Shown piece after piece: positions 24,201-37,060 of a DNA stretch of 64,000 bases. Positions within the stretch are counted from its first letter, which is position 1, and each line of letters starts with the position of its first letter. Made by a program: the position numbers and the translations under genes. The stretch spans positions 29,016,001 to 29,080,000 of the forward strand of contig NC_086378.1 in assembly GCF_036588685.1 (NCBI RefSeq), given 5' to 3'. The notes beneath the pieces were generated by a model. The model saw nothing but the letters and a program-made list of their open reading frames with translations, did not search any database and had not been told where the DNA came from. The stretch comes from Mytilus trossulus (lineage: Eukaryota).

Positions 24201-26069
24201 CATTTTTTAACCTAAATACCTCAATGATAGTTGTGGCCAAGTTTGGTTAAATTTGGCCCAGTTGTTTCAGAGAAGATTTTTGTAAAAGATTACTAAGATT
24301 TACGAAAAATGGTTAAAAATTTACTATAAAGGGCAATAACTCCTAAACTGGTCAACTGACCATATCGGTCATGTTGACTTATTTGTAAATCTTACATTGC
24401 TGAACATTATTGCTGTTTACAGTTTATCTCTATCTATAATAATATTCAAGATAATAACCAAAAACAGTACAATTTCCTTAAAATTACCAAATGAGGGGCA
24501 GCAACCCAACAATGGGTTGTCGGATTCATCTGAAAATTTAGGGCAGATAGATCTTTACCTGATGAACAATTTAACACCTGTCAGATTTGCTCTAAATGCT
24601 TTGGTTTTTGAGTTATAAGCCAATAACTGCATTTTACCCCTATGTTCTATTTTTAGCCATGGCGGCCATCTTGGTTGGTTGGTTGGGCGGGTCACCGGAC
24701 ACAATTTTTAAACTAGATACCCCAATGATGATTGTGGCCAAGTTTGGTTTAATTTGGCCCAGCAGTTTCAGAGGAGAAGATTTTTGTAAAACATAACTAA
24801 GATTTACAAAAAATGGTAAATAAATTACTATAAAGGGCAATAACTCCTAAACGGGTCAACTGACCATTTCGGTCATGTTGACTTATTTGTAAATCTTACT
24901 TTGCTGAACATTATTGCTGTTTACAGTTTATTTCTATCTATAATAATATTCAAGATAATAACCAAAAAACAGCAAAATTTCCTTAAAATTACTAATTCAG
25001 GGGCAGCAACCCAACAATGGGTTGTCCAATTCATCTGAAAATTTCAGGGCAGATAGATCTTGACCTGATTAACAATTTTACCCCATGTCAGATTTGCCCT
25101 AAATGCTTTGGTTTTTGAGTTATAAGCCAAAAACTGCATTTTACCCCTATGTTCTATTTTTAGCCATGGTGGCCATCTTGGTTGGTTGGGCGGGTCACCG
25201 GACACAATTTTTAAACTAGATACCCCAATGATGATTGTGGCCAAGTTTGGTTTAATTTGGCCCAGCAGTTTCAAAGGAGAAGATTTTTGTAAAAGTTAAC
25301 GACGCCGGACGCCAAGTGATGAGAAGAGCTCACTTGGCCCTTCGGGCCAGGTGAGCTAAAAACAATGCCAGTTGTCATGATTGTAGTTTGTTTAGTATGA
25401 AATCACTGATTTAGATATGCAAGTTTTTACCCCATTAACAATGAAAATACAATGACATGTAGGTCAATATGAAACTTAAACAAAATAACCTCTAGTATTA
25501 TCTGAAAAGGGTTTATATTGCTATTTCTTTTAGACTTCATTCAGTTATTCAGTGTTGTATTTGAGTACCCTACTTTTTGATACATTTGTATCTTTGATGA
25601 TAAGACTTAACTATTGTAGGTATATTATCTAAATCTGGGGGGGGGGGGGGGGGGTGGCTTTGACTCCAGCATATTTTTTATATTTTTTGTGTTTTCTGTG
25701 TAATGTTTTGAAAATAAATGTTTGCATCATAAATGTTTTCTGACTTGAGATTCTTGACAGCATTTTTGGTTGTTTTTCTTTGACTTGAGGTTCTCAACTG
25801 CCTTTTTGGTGGTTTTTTTTCAAATGGCAAATCTTCTGAAAAAAAAAATGTAATAGGAATATAAGTTTATTTAAGTGTTACAAAGGTGAGCTACCTGTAT
25901 TAGGATCATCCCTTCCGACTTCATAATGATGTCCTATAAGATGTTGACTCATGTGGGATAAGAATTCCTCCATATTATTAAACTGATGAGAGCATTCTCC
26001 CCACTCACACAGTAACATCAGTTCAGACATTAAAATCTTTGTCTCTTTGGTATTAGGTTTGGGTGGCAT
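18223..26069 (-). CDS. HINFP: Histone H4 transcription factor (HiNF-P/MIZF), N-terminal four coding exons: 26069-25895, 22720-22494, 22039-21934, 18375-18223; C-terminal exons not found in window
   Basis: GT-AG junctions keep frame (phases 1,0,1,1). Peptides [101 protein letters not shown] match HINFP as I recall it. Confidence 0.93.
18424..20010 (-). mobile_element. Internally deleted BEL/Pao LTR retrotransposon (Gag knuckle + DUF1758-type protease remnant between LTR copies)
   Basis: Minus-strand [57 protein letters not shown]; ~60-bp direct repeat starting TGTTGG on minus (18532-18591 and 19952-20010), purine-rich tract before the 3' copy; left boundary uncertain. Confidence 0.85.
19316..19547. 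mobile_element. MITE nested in the BEL/Pao protease region
   Basis: ~44-bp imperfect TIRs gggaagacatcaaaagttcaatgaaggataaaaaacttaattca / tgatttaagtttcttatcctacatcgatcttttgatgtcgtccc. Confidence 0.8.
21118..21558 (-). mobile_element. Retrozyme: 355-nt unit bounded by two 86-bp direct repeats, each carrying a type I hammerhead ribozyme
   Basis: Repeats at 21118-21203 and 21473-21558; minus strand reads gcgtca CTGATGA gtct-tatgt-agac GAAA cgcgcg TC tggcgt. Confidence 0.9.
21508..21552 (-). ncRNA. Type I hammerhead ribozyme (intact copy; second copy with two substitutions at ~21153-21197)
   Basis: CUGAUGA and GAAA core, 4-bp stem II, palindromic short stem III (ACGCGCGU), GUC cleavage triplet, 6-bp stem I with G-U pairs. 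Confidence 0.88.
22412..22460 (+). ncRNA. Degenerate hammerhead ribozyme remnant of a different repeat family
   Basis: gagcgttc TTGATGA aggtaagtaaatcaa GAAA agcgct TA ggatgc: core C3 altered, stem II disrupted, palindromic stem III and stem I retained. Confidence 0.5.
23585..25360 (-). mobile_element. Young non-autonomous Helentron-type (HINE/DINE-1/pearl-like) element with ~3 internal ~500-bp tandem units
   Basis: Subterminal IR gctcacc/ggtgagc, hairpins aggctctaaagagcct and ggcccttcgggcc, gacgcc microsatellite, marker agaagatttttgtaaaa at ~23775, 24271, 24775, 25278; A/T-run flanks. Confidence 0.85.
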
Positions 26070-26547
26070 TTTCTTCTATTTATTCTGTAATGAAAAAAAA
26101 GAAAATGGCTTTGAAGGTGAAGTACATGTAACCTGTTTCTGCACATCTTGCATGGTTTATATTTTTTGTTTAATATCATAGCTTGGTACAGGTGCATTCA
26201 TATGACCTTGAAGTTCTACTACTTGATTACATATGGTTACAATAAAACTACCCAAGTTTGTCAGGAGTGTAACAATCGAGTTAAGATGTTATTTTTTAGA
26301 AACACTGTAGTCATACTTGTTGTTTGTTCTTGAATTTTCCGTGAACAGTATCTGCTGCAAGGCATTTACTATTTTGTCAAAACTATGAAGGTACCAGTCT
26401 TGTATTACAACTCCAGTTTCCAGTGCATGTCAAAACATGGAGAGAAACAAAATAGTCCATTTTTTTCTGATTTTTTTTCAGAACTCAATTTTTCAGTTTG
26501 ATTTATAGGATTGTGCTGAATTGAAACATATATATATATATATATAA

Positions 26548-27037
26548 AAAGCAAATTTACAGATCTAACATTGTTGGGTTGATGTTTAGACGAGTTGTAT
26601 ATACATTATGTACACAGCCATGTATCACCATCATTGATGGCGATCCGATGGACACATCTGTTGTAGGGTTGTCACTGACTCAGACGTACTTATGAATATA
26701 ATTATTTTCTGTGACTGTATCTTACATTAATTTGTAGGATCCTTTACTATAGATAATTTAGCTGATCTGTAACAATAACATCTTCATGCCTTATATATCA
26801 TGTACTGTAGTACGCCGCTAGATTAAAACTGACGAGGAAAGGTAACATATGCCCACCGAAAGCTCTTTTTTTGAGAGCCCAGGTGGTCGTGTGGTCTAGC
26901 GGGACGGCTGCAGTGCAGGCGATTTGGTGTCACGATATCACAGTAGCATGGGTTCGAATCCCGGCGAGGGAAGAACCAAAAATTTGCGAAAGCAAATTTA
27001 CAGATCTAACATTGTTGGGTTGATGTTTAGACGAGTT
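26548..27037 (+). mobile_element. Circularly permuted 441-bp tRNA-derived SINE-like unit with a minimal hammerhead, inserted in (TA)n
   Basis: Perfect 49-bp terminal direct repeat (26548-26596, 26989-27037); CTGACGA..GAAAGCTC at 26829-26865; T7 at 26866-26872; A box TGGTCGTGTGG 26884-26894; B box GGTTCGAATCC 26951-26961. Confidence 0.8.
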
Positions 27038-27388
27038 ATATATATATATATATATATACTAAATTACAATTTCACATTAGTACAAATGTAGTACATACAT
27101 GATATGAACATGTATTTTTTTTCAATGTAGCTTTTTAATTTATTTATTTTCAAAGATCAGCTGTTTTGCATATAAGCCTATTGAGCAGTCTATTACAAGA
27201 CTGCAACCTGGAGAGGCTAGACAGAAACTTATACATGAGATATTATTTAGCACAGGATCATAAAATATTGATTTAGAACTTTTATTGTCAATAGAAAATA
27301 AAGACAACTACTCTGTCTCTAATGAAACACTAATGAGAATTACACCGTTTTGATTAAAAACAGTCTTGTTATTTTTTAATTTTTCTTG

Positions 27389-28754
27389 CAGTCTGTGACG
27401 TTAAGCGGTATCCCAAAGCTCGTGTCTAGTTTTAATAAGCTCGGACTAGTTAATGTACACTGCTGATAGTCTGACCGGTCAAGTGCATATCTTTGTGCAC
27501 TTTTTCAATCGTTACCATAAGTTAACGCAGAATTCCACTCAACACCATCGATATTAATAAACTGATACTCTTTTCCTTGCAAAAACATAAACCAGTTTTG
27601 ACGGTCTCCCTAATAACTGATTGTTCAAAATAAAAAAAAATTGAAAACGTTCAGTACATGTACCACATGTTTTGAAAATGTCAAATTTTGGAAGTTATTG
27701 ATTCATTTATGTTGTATAGACTGAATAAAATATAATCATAACAGAAATTAAAAAAAAACATTGAACATTTTGGCGTCCGAAGATATTAATTCGTAATTGC
27801 CCGCTTGACATCTTGTGTATTTTTAGAAGATTGGTTATTAGGACAACTCCAGTGACTGGTTACCGTTAATTTATGAAGAAGTGGAACCAGTTTTGTTTTC
27901 AATTAAAGGGTGTACACATAATTTTGGTCACAAACATCCTTTAATATACATGGCTTCACTGTCGGAAAGTGCGAGACCATGAAAGGCACCAAAAAGGCCA
28001 TCTCGCAAGTCAGACCAAGATACTGAGGCTAAAAAAATGAGGATAAACAGGTCTGAGGATTCAAAACTCACTGGACGGACGGTCGTCCCTGACCCTGGCT
28101 CCTAGGATCATCTAGTTATGTTTTGTAGCTACTGCAAGGAGCAGGGAAAAGGATGCAAATTTGTATCTGTATTTGAATTTGAACAGGAGTTGTTCAGCAA
28201 ATTGAAAAATAATATGAAAAATTATGAAGAATAAAATTTTATATAAATGATTGATTTTCTTCTTTTCTTGGTTTGCATCAGAAAGGATGATCTCTTTAAC
28301 TTCCAAATTCAAATTTGAATGAGAAATTAATTTACACCAAATGTGATGGCAAGGGGTTTATACATGTATCTACATGTATACATTTATTTTACATGTATGT
28401 CTTAAATTCAAAGAAAAGAGTGTTAAACAGTCTTGTCAACATTTTTGGGAAGGTTTTTTTTAAGGAAAGTAGATTTTTTTTTTATTATATTGAGAAAAAA
28501 ATCTATATTTTTAAAAAGTTATATACACTTCTAGATACAAAAATGTAACCTCAGAATGCAGGATTTTACATCTAATATTTCAAAATTTTCTTGGGGGACC
28601 ATGCCCCCAAACCACCCTAGCTGGTTCACATCACTTCGTGATCCTCACTGGTGATACAGAATTTATTTTGTCCAGTACATATAATTTTGGGCTAGTATTT
28701 TTTTTATAACTAGCTCATAGGGCTAGTGCTTCAAATAGTTTTTGGCACAGACTG
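27389..28754. mobile_element. Non-autonomous hAT-like DNA transposon with apparent 6-bp TSD
   Basis: TIR cagtctgtg / cacagactg; ttcttg directly on both flanks. Confidence 0.6.
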
Positions 28755-28952
28755 TTCTTGTTGTTTGCCATGTTTGCTAAACATGCTAAATGTATGTTTT
28801 TAAATTTTTGTCTATATAATATGGTAAGTACAGTTGCCACCTATAAGTATATATTTAAAGTACATGTGAGTTTAACAGAGTGAAATTTGTACTTGTGAGA
28901 CTTTTATATTTACATGGGAGACAATCCAGTGTCAACAGAGACACCTACAGAA

Positions 28953-29114
28953 TACACCTTATCGCTAATCCCGGCTGACCGGGCCACTTGAATTTTTGAA
29001 GCATACAATAATAAATTTTCCATTGTGGCGTCAGATATTTTGTTTTATGACGTCAAAATTTTGCAGAAACCTGTGTGATATCCAGCAATGGCAGACAAAT
29101 AGTGATAAGGTGTA
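28953..29114. mobile_element. Small TA-flanked MITE
   Basis: tacaccttatcgcta / tagtgataaggtgta inverted termini. Confidence 0.7.
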
Positions 29115-30025
29115 TAAAGTCAGATAAAAGAACTAGGGAACATATGGCCCTTTATGTTATTGTAAAACCCAAACATTAAAGTGCCATGAGCACTTCTCTG
29201 TTTAATATCACCACTTCTCTATATCACACCCCATCGGCATTAGTTTCCCCCAAAAAAGTAACTTCTGTCCTGATGTCATGTGGTGTACAAATGGTGTATC
29301 AACTATTTGGACTATGGTACAAGAAAAACTGATAGTGAACCTCATGAAGTAGATGATATTGAAATAAACTTCACTTTACTTAAAATTCGTTCATCTGCCA
29401 ATGCATACACCATTTAAACAAAAACACAAAATTATGATTTTTTTTGTTATGTTGACACATTTTTAGTGTAAAATAGTAACAAACAACTTTGACTAAAATT
29501 AAAGTCCATACGTTTTCTAGAAAACCGTTGAAAAACAAATGACTTGTCGCGACATTTAATGTTTTTCTATACTGTTCAGTGGGTGTAAAAATCTATTCAA
29601 TATTGTCGCCTGCAGTCTGCATTTTTCCAGAATCGGCGGTCGACTGTTTTTGTAATTTTCAACGATCAACGAGCTATAATATTACAAAATTCGTAAACCA
29701 GTTGTAAAAATAAATTAAAAACGTTCTCGGTCACATTCGCGTACCAATTACGTTATTAATTTATGGGTTTAAAAAAAAAGAAGACAATAGTCAAAAATAC
29801 AGAATGAAGGGAGAATAGGAAATACAGTAAAATATGCAAAAGAAAAAAGAAGGAGAAATATGGAGAATAGAGAATAACATCCAAAATCAATAAAAATAGA
29901 GAAAAATGGTATAAAAATAACAGATCTAGACATGACAGAATTAAAACCGTCCGAAATACAGTATTACTGTCAATTTTTTTGTGGATCATATACTAAATAA
30001 GATTGTTTGGAAAATTACAATCGTA

Positions 30026-30265
30026 NNNNNNNNNNNNNNNNNNNNNNNNNNNNNNNNNNNNNNNNNNNNNNNNNNNNNNNNNNNNNNNNNNNNNNNNNNN
30101 NNNNNNNNNNNNNNNNNNNNNNNNNNNNNNNNNNNNNNNNNNNNNNNNNNNNNNNNNNNNNNNNNNNNNNNNNNNNNNNNNNNNNNNNNNNNNNNNNNNN
30201 NNNNNNNNNNNNNNNNNNNNNNNNNNNNNNNNNNNNNNNNNNNNNNNNNNNNNNNNNNNNNNNNN
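30026..30265. other. Assembly gap (240 N)
   Basis: Run of N. Confidence 1.
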
Positions 30266-30570
30266 GGTGCTCTAAAAGGGTAATTAAGCAGATTCTCCTC
30301 CACATCTGGCACCCGTGCTGTTTCTCATATCAGTCCACACCCGGTAATAAGTCTCATTCGGTAGGTCACATTTGTGAAAAGGGAACGGGATTGAAGTTAC
30401 CCGGTACTACATTAGGAACACATCCGATATCGATATGTGAAACGGATATTCCCGAACGGTCAGCCAACTCTAGATTACAGAGTTGTGAATTCAACTTCGC
30501 CACTTGAAACTCTTGGTTTAATAGCTTCCTTGTTAGCAGCAACCCTTTTCAAGGAAATCATTATAGGAAA
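30266..30570 (-). mobile_element. Penelope-like element 3' fragment
   Basis: Reverse complement resembles the fragments at 44220-44648 and 56260-56745 (ggcgaagttgaa, gtgacctaccgaat). Confidence 0.55.
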
Positions 30571-30623
30571 TACATGCCATATAATATGTGGGAGGCATTG
30601 TCAAGAATCAGTCCGGTCGACAT

Positions 30624-30633
30624 TGCGCATGCG
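30624..30633. promoter_or_regulatory. NRF1-like motif TGCGCATGCG, candidate promoter element
   Basis: Consensus-like palindromic motif in a locally CpG-richer patch between two divergently oriented genes. Confidence 0.3.
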
Positions 30634-33089
30634 TGAATTCAGATACCCTACATGGATACAATCGTTATATAGAAGTTGTATGGAAAATAATCTTTAACAG
30701 ACGATATTCGATTTTCTTCTCAGTTCTTTTATTCACTGTTGAGATCACCATAATCCTTAATGTGTCTTCTTTTTAATGATATAAATTATTTTAAATTTAT
30801 ATTTAAACTTAATGCAACAAATTTAGATTTTTCATAAAGGGATGTCAAATGGCTTACATTTGCCGTTATTCTTGCAGAAAATGTCATTTTTAGGAAAAGT
30901 GGTCAGTTTTGAAAAAATAAATAAAATACTTTTACTGATGACATTCCTTACCTGTTGAGACCAAGAGAAAGATGAAAAGTTATAGTTTAATGTGGTGTAG
31001 TTTATTTTTAAATTGGTTATTGTCTACTTGCACCAAATTTGATTTAAAAGTAGGCGATTTTAAGTTTTTATTCTATCAACTTTTATTTGACAACAGGATA
31101 CATTGTTTGTGTAAACAGATAGCAACCTGTTACACAATCTTATTTAGACAGTCACGCTGAGACATAATAATTCATGTGATATAGTTTAAACGACGTTTTG
31201 TATTAACTATGTTTAGGGCTGAAGGAATTACAAAACACTAAATAATATGAAATTCACGTTTTTATAATTGAAGTTATTTATAATCAAAGTTTTTGTTTGT
31301 GTCTGTTTTCACGTGCTTATAACCGATATTAAATAAAGTATGAGGATGCAATCGTAATCTAAACGAATTGTATTAATTATCAATACACAATCACTTTTTT
31401 TTTAATTAATGGGATTAAATGCGTTTGGAAATTTAAAAGACATTTTCGGATTTTAATATTTGTATATATATAAGGAAGTGGTGAGGTTGGCTTTTTAAAC
31501 GTTAACTATAAATATTTTAGACTTTTTTTTTGTTTATTTTGTATTGATATTCATTTAAAAAATCATCAGAATCGTAAAATTTACAATTTAATTCTAATAG
31601 ATCATTGTAAATGAAAATATCATCTTAATGCAAGTATGATTTATTTTGAAAAGTTGTCCTCCATGATATATACTCTATTATTAATGTACATAATTATTTC
31701 ATATACATATATATAAAATGTTGTTTGACAAAAATCTGTTTCATCCTTTGTTCTGATTATTTTTTACGTCTCTATTGAGATATTAATTATGTAATTTTAA
31801 CGGGATGACCTACTCTCCACCCACGAAATTCACAGGCTACTACTATATAGGGTTCTATAAACTTTAATTGAATAATTTGGCTGTCATAATGTATGAAACA
31901 CTTTCTTTTCCTTCATAAATGATTTAAACAGAGCCATAGATATTCATAGATATATGTATATCTACTTATTTATATCTCTGGTTAAACTTAGAAGTTAATA
32001 CGATAATTTACAAAATAAGACGAGGTGGTATGATTGGCAATGAGAATGGAAACGAAAAATGTGTAAAAAAGATAGACAACAATCCGACCAAAGAGCAAAA
32101 AACGGCCCAAATCCACAGGTCTTAAATGCAACACAAGAATATTCCGCGTGCGCTAGTTTGCCCCTATACACAAAGTTAACTATATTTCATCAAAAAGAAC
32201 GCCACACCTAACTCCGTAACATAAATGAACCAAAGCTAAAAAAAAACAACCTTGCACGCACGCACACAAGACTAACAAAGGCCAGATGTTCCTTACTTGG
32301 GACAAGCACAAAAATGCGGTGGGTGAAACGTGCTATATAACAGATCTCATGTTAAGTGTCGAAACAATGAAAATAGGGGGAAACCCAATTAAACGAACAG
32401 GTATATGCTTAATCAATAACACCAAGAAAATAAATATTTCAGACAGCAAGAAACGACAACCACATAATATATAGTTACAAGTAATTTGTTCCTGGCTTTA
32501 TAAAATGGAACTAGAAACCGTGATATTCAGCGGGGGTTAAAATGTTTGTGAGTGCTCAAATATATCTGTGGTATGAAAGCACAACACACGACAAAACTGT
32601 TGAAATTAGTAGAAAAGGCTTCCTTGTCAGATTGGTACGAAACTTATCTACAGAATACAAAAGATCTAAAGTACCGATTTGAAGATAAATTATCCACCAG
32701 TACACATCCAAAAAAATATTTAAAAAAAACCAAAGAGATGTGGTATGATTGCCAATAAAGACAACTATCCTCCAAAGTTCATATGAAGTGGACGTATTTA
32801 ATTATAGGCAACCGTACGGCCTTCAGCAATGAGAAACACATACCATTTAATCGGCTATAAAAGGCCCCAACATGAAAAATATAAAATTATTCAATTGAGA
32901 AGACTACATTCATAACAAAACAATTTACGAAAAAAAATATGACCGACATTAACCAACAACACTTTATTTTACTCGAGGAATTGTGTTGTTATCCGCACTC
33001 AAAGTATACTGTTAAATTTAATAATTTTGAACTGTCGATGAATGTTTGAAATTGAAAAACATATCGAATTGTTGAGGTACCAGGTATAT

Positions 33090-33325
33090 AGGAAGCTGTG
33101 GTATGAGTGCCAATGAGACAACTCTCCATCCAAGTCACAATTTGTATAAATAAACCTTTATAGGTCAAGGTACGGTGTTCAACACGGAGCTTAGTCTCAC
33201 ACCGAACAGCAAGCTATAAAGGGCCACAAAAATTACTAGTGTAAAACCAACGGTCTAATGTATATAAAAAAAATAGAAACACTTGTGAATCACATAAACA
33301 AACGACAACTACTGGACATCAGATT
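33090..33325 (+). repeat. Abundant dispersed repeat (aagatgtggtatgattgccaatgagacaact family); other copies at ~1510-1625(-), 15270, 22795-23090(-), 32020, 32735, 38698, 52480-52530(-)
   Basis: Same head motif and following ~200 bp recur throughout the window in both orientations. Confidence 0.75.
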
Positions 33326-34286
33326 ATATGAATAAAAAAATAGAATCGTAAGACAACTACCTTTCAGCCAATTACATGTGAAATAGTTGTACTAAAATTT
33401 CAATTACATTTCAGTCAGTTTGATGCTCAATTCATTTTAAAAAATAATATCTATTTTTATTTATATGCATCTTACATTTACCAATTGAGATCAAACATCG
33501 TGAGACGTTTTAAATAGGACTTATAATCTTCTTTAGAAGTCCCGGGTTTCAAAATAGATCGAAGATCTCTCCGGCCTTCAATCAATTTAACAAACTGCAA
33601 CAAAATACAGAAAACATGATTCGAAATTATCTTATAGATAACATCTGGTATTGGTTTTCACTGAAATTATCTTTACAAAACAGCGGGTGTTCGACCCCTC
33701 AATTGTGCGTCTTATCGCACATGTCAAATTATCAAGTAACCTCATGTGGAGCGAGGATGGGTTATCGTCCTTGTCGATACAATTAATTGTTATCAAATTG
33801 AGTTATCTCCCTTAAACCGGACAGATTCTTGGCAATGGTATACGTATCGCCTTTAAATGACGAATTTTACCACTTTTCCTTAATTACCTATAATTATTCA
33901 ATTCAAGTCTGCAGTGTTGGCCATGGAGAGTGCCCATTGTTGAAGGTGTACTCAGGCCTAGGTGAATTACACAGAATCTTTTAAGCCTGTAGACTATTCA
34001 TGTTTTTACGGGGAACTTCAAGAGGTTATAAACGTTTCGAAAAAAAGTCAAAAATACCGTCTTCCATCAAAAATAGATTTGAAACAAAGTGGTCAGGTCA
34101 CAAAAGAAAGTGCGCTCAACAGAGAGTGGCCTAATTAACTCTTTGTACAAAACATGCATATAATCATATCAAACAAAAAGTTTCCTATTTTATTAAATGG
34201 TCGTTTGGTAAATCTGAATGCACTGACATTGAGAATGGAAACAAGGAATGTGTCAAAGAGACAAAATCTGACCAAAGAGCAGAAAA

Positions 34287-35556
34287 CTATGGCGTACGGA
34301 AAGGGTCAAAAGTAAAAAGAGAAGCATAAGCAATATTTTATAGCTTATGCTGCTTTGTAGCATAAGCTATATTTTGTAGCATAAGCTATATTTTATAGCT
34401 TATGCTGCTTTGTAGCATAAGCTATATTTGACGTACCAAAAGGGTCAATATATATTTGTCTGGTTATGCTGCATTTTAATCGCATATGCTATATTACAAA
34501 CACTGACTATGCTATATTTTCAAATTGTAGCATATGCTGTACTATTTCAAACACATCAATAAAGGGTCAAAACTCGAAAGTAGCATAGGCTGTATAATTT
34601 ATTTTGATCGGACTGTATATTTCACTGTTGGAATGCGTGTTTAACGAATCTAGTAAATTGTCATCACTTAAGTCTCCGCCCTTTTTTATCAATACTTCTA
34701 GAAATGAAATGTATAATACGTTCATTTGAAAACAAAAACACAACTTTTTTAATGATCAAGTCGGAGTTTAATGAACAAAAAAAATCTTTTTGTTTTTATA
34801 TGATTACATTTTATATATACTACATATGTTTTTGCCTCGTATATTAGTGGATTTTATAAAACTGGCTTCGGGTAATTTTAAAACAAGGTGGTTGGAAACG
34901 TGGCACACATGAACAATAGTTTGCTTATATCATATCTGTCCCTTGTATTGTGCTACCTTAAATTTCATGTAAATATTCCGAATTTATTAGTAACTCTCTG
35001 AACTCGACTATCAATTAATTAAATCATAATGCTCTTAAACTTTCACACACCCTTAACAAAATGTGGTTTTGTTGGCGTTATCCTAATTTGTGAAAAAGTC
35101 TTCAAAGCTGAAGAGTGATTGACAGTAAATATATAATAGAATCATTTGTGATTGACAGTAACCCCACCTAATACCCATATGGCACAATACAGCTTATGCT
35201 ACATTTACTTTTGACCCTTTCGGGACTGTTATTACTTAAATGTAAATAATGTACATGTTTCAATAATTATAGCGTAATCTGTATTTCCTTTTGACCCTTA
35301 TGGTACGTCAACTGGACGCTTAAGCTGCATATGCTGTTTATTACAGCATAGGCTGCATTTAATATAGCATATGCTGTATTAATTATAGCATATGCTGTAT
35401 AAATTACAGCATATGCTACATATTATAGCCTAAGTGACATTAATTACAGCATAGGGTACATAAATTATAGCTTAAGCTGTAGTTTATATAGCATATGCTG
35501 TATTTACTGTAGCATATGCGAAATAATTTACTTTTGACCCTTTCCGTACGCCATAG
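34287..35556. mobile_element. Non-autonomous TIR DNA transposon with subterminal agcat(a)agct/agcatatgct repeats, inserted in a dispersed repeat
   Basis: 29-bp perfect TIR ctatggcgtacggaaagggtcaaaagtaa / ttacttttgaccctttccgtacgccatag; aaaa on both flanks; host repeat resumes after it. Confidence 0.88.
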
Positions 35557-35789
35557 AAAACAGCTCAACGCCACCAATAGGTATTCAACACAATGAAAAA
35601 ATCCTGCACCCAGAAGCGTGCTTCACTGAGCTGCATGGCTAATAGACAAAAATGAGTACTAGTTACGTGATAATGGACGTCATACTGAATTCCGAAACAG
35701 ATAAATGAACTGAAAATTTAAAATCGTACAAGACTAACTAAGACTAGATGCTCCTAACTTGCGACAGGCGCAAAAAAATGCGACGACGT

Positions 35790-36600
35790 TTATTTGCATC
35801 ATCTCATTAAAGCTCTGCTTCTATGAGAAAGGTAAATATTCTAGATATACTTACTGGAAATATTTGAAGCTGTTATTTTTCTATTTTCTTATATTCATGT
35901 ACGTTTCGGCTATACTGAAAGTTTATCGATAGTTGTAGGTATTCATATGGGCACCAACTGTGCACATATAAAAGCGGACTTGTTCTTGCACGGTTATGAA
36001 TCAAAATTTATGACCAAACTCACAAATAAAGGCCCGCCTAAATGGTATTTTATTGATAAATTCATCAACACTTTGTTTCGTTCCCTTTCGTTAGTTTTCC
36101 TTTTTTGGACGGTGATGTTCTTTTGGTACCATCTTACGGTGTATATGTATCAAAACTAGTTCACTACGCCCGTGTCTTTTGTAATGTTTTTGGATTTAAA
36201 TGAAAGTAATCTTTGTATTACTGGTAAATCATCAAGGCAGGAATTTCGTTACCACAAACTACTTAAAACCTTTACTTAATTACATCATCGATATAAAGAT
36301 TTGTTTTTGAAGTTTGGTTGTTCCTGTAAAAACTTATTTACGGGATAGCTGGTTTTTCCTTATTTCAAACAGAATAGCACATCCGCATTTTTACGGAGAT
36401 GTTGTTGATCTAGCCGTGAAATATGGAAACGATCCGTGTAAACTTTTCGATCCTTCAAAAAAAATAATTCAAAAAGGTTTCTAATTCAGCACTGTAATAA
36501 GATATATGTATACTGTTACATGTATTGTTTTTATTGGTATTAAAATGCTTTTGACTAGCAGTAAATTAAAATCAAACTAAGTTAAGGTATTACATTTTCA
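35790..36600 (+). mobile_element. Decayed Penelope-like reverse transcriptase fragment
   Basis: VGIHMGTNCAHIKADLFLHGYE resembles PLE RT GIPMGTNCAPLLADLFLYSYE; downstream RQEFRYHKLLKTF; stops and frameshifts. Confidence 0.75.
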
Positions 36601-36834
36601 TAGACATAGTATGTACATGCATCGCTCTAAACCTGCATCTGATTATTTAATTGCCATTTCACAAGGTCATGTTTTTCTCTGACTGTTAACAACGTCTAAT
36701 TCAATACATATGTAAATCAATGGACGTTGGTTGTGTACTGATTGATGGTTTATTCATAAATGTATAATTTTTCATTTATTGTTATTGGCTTTGAAATATC
36801 TGTCAATAACTGCGATTACAATTTGCGAGTATGG

Positions 36835-37060
36835 ACTTGAGAAACGATGAAAGTCCGTCTGAGGGGGACGATAAATGGCTTAACCGCGTGTTTAGAAAGA
36901 CCCACATTTCTTGCACGTAAAAGACACACGTACTTGTAGATTTCGAAAAAAAGAGGCTAATACCGCTTCAAGGCAGCACTCGCACCCGCGAGGTGGAAAG
37001 GAATTAATATAAGTTGCAATAACTTGTTTCTTAATCCACTAGCATGAAATAAATCTGTTT
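36835..37060 (+). mobile_element. SINE central-domain/tail remnant
   Basis: gggggacgataaatgg...cttgcacgtaaaagacac resembles conserved SINE core domains; no Pol III head visible. Confidence 0.4.

Noticed and set aside
24397-25274. ORFs within the 500-bp tandem units
   Set aside because: Chance frames in a non-autonomous element; no Rep/helicase motifs.
26873-26970. Functional tRNA gene
   Set aside because: A and B boxes are present, but the acceptor and anticodon stems do not form a canonical cloverleaf and it sits inside a repeat unit.
29981-30507. ORFs spanning the N run
   Set aside because: Artefacts of the assembly gap.
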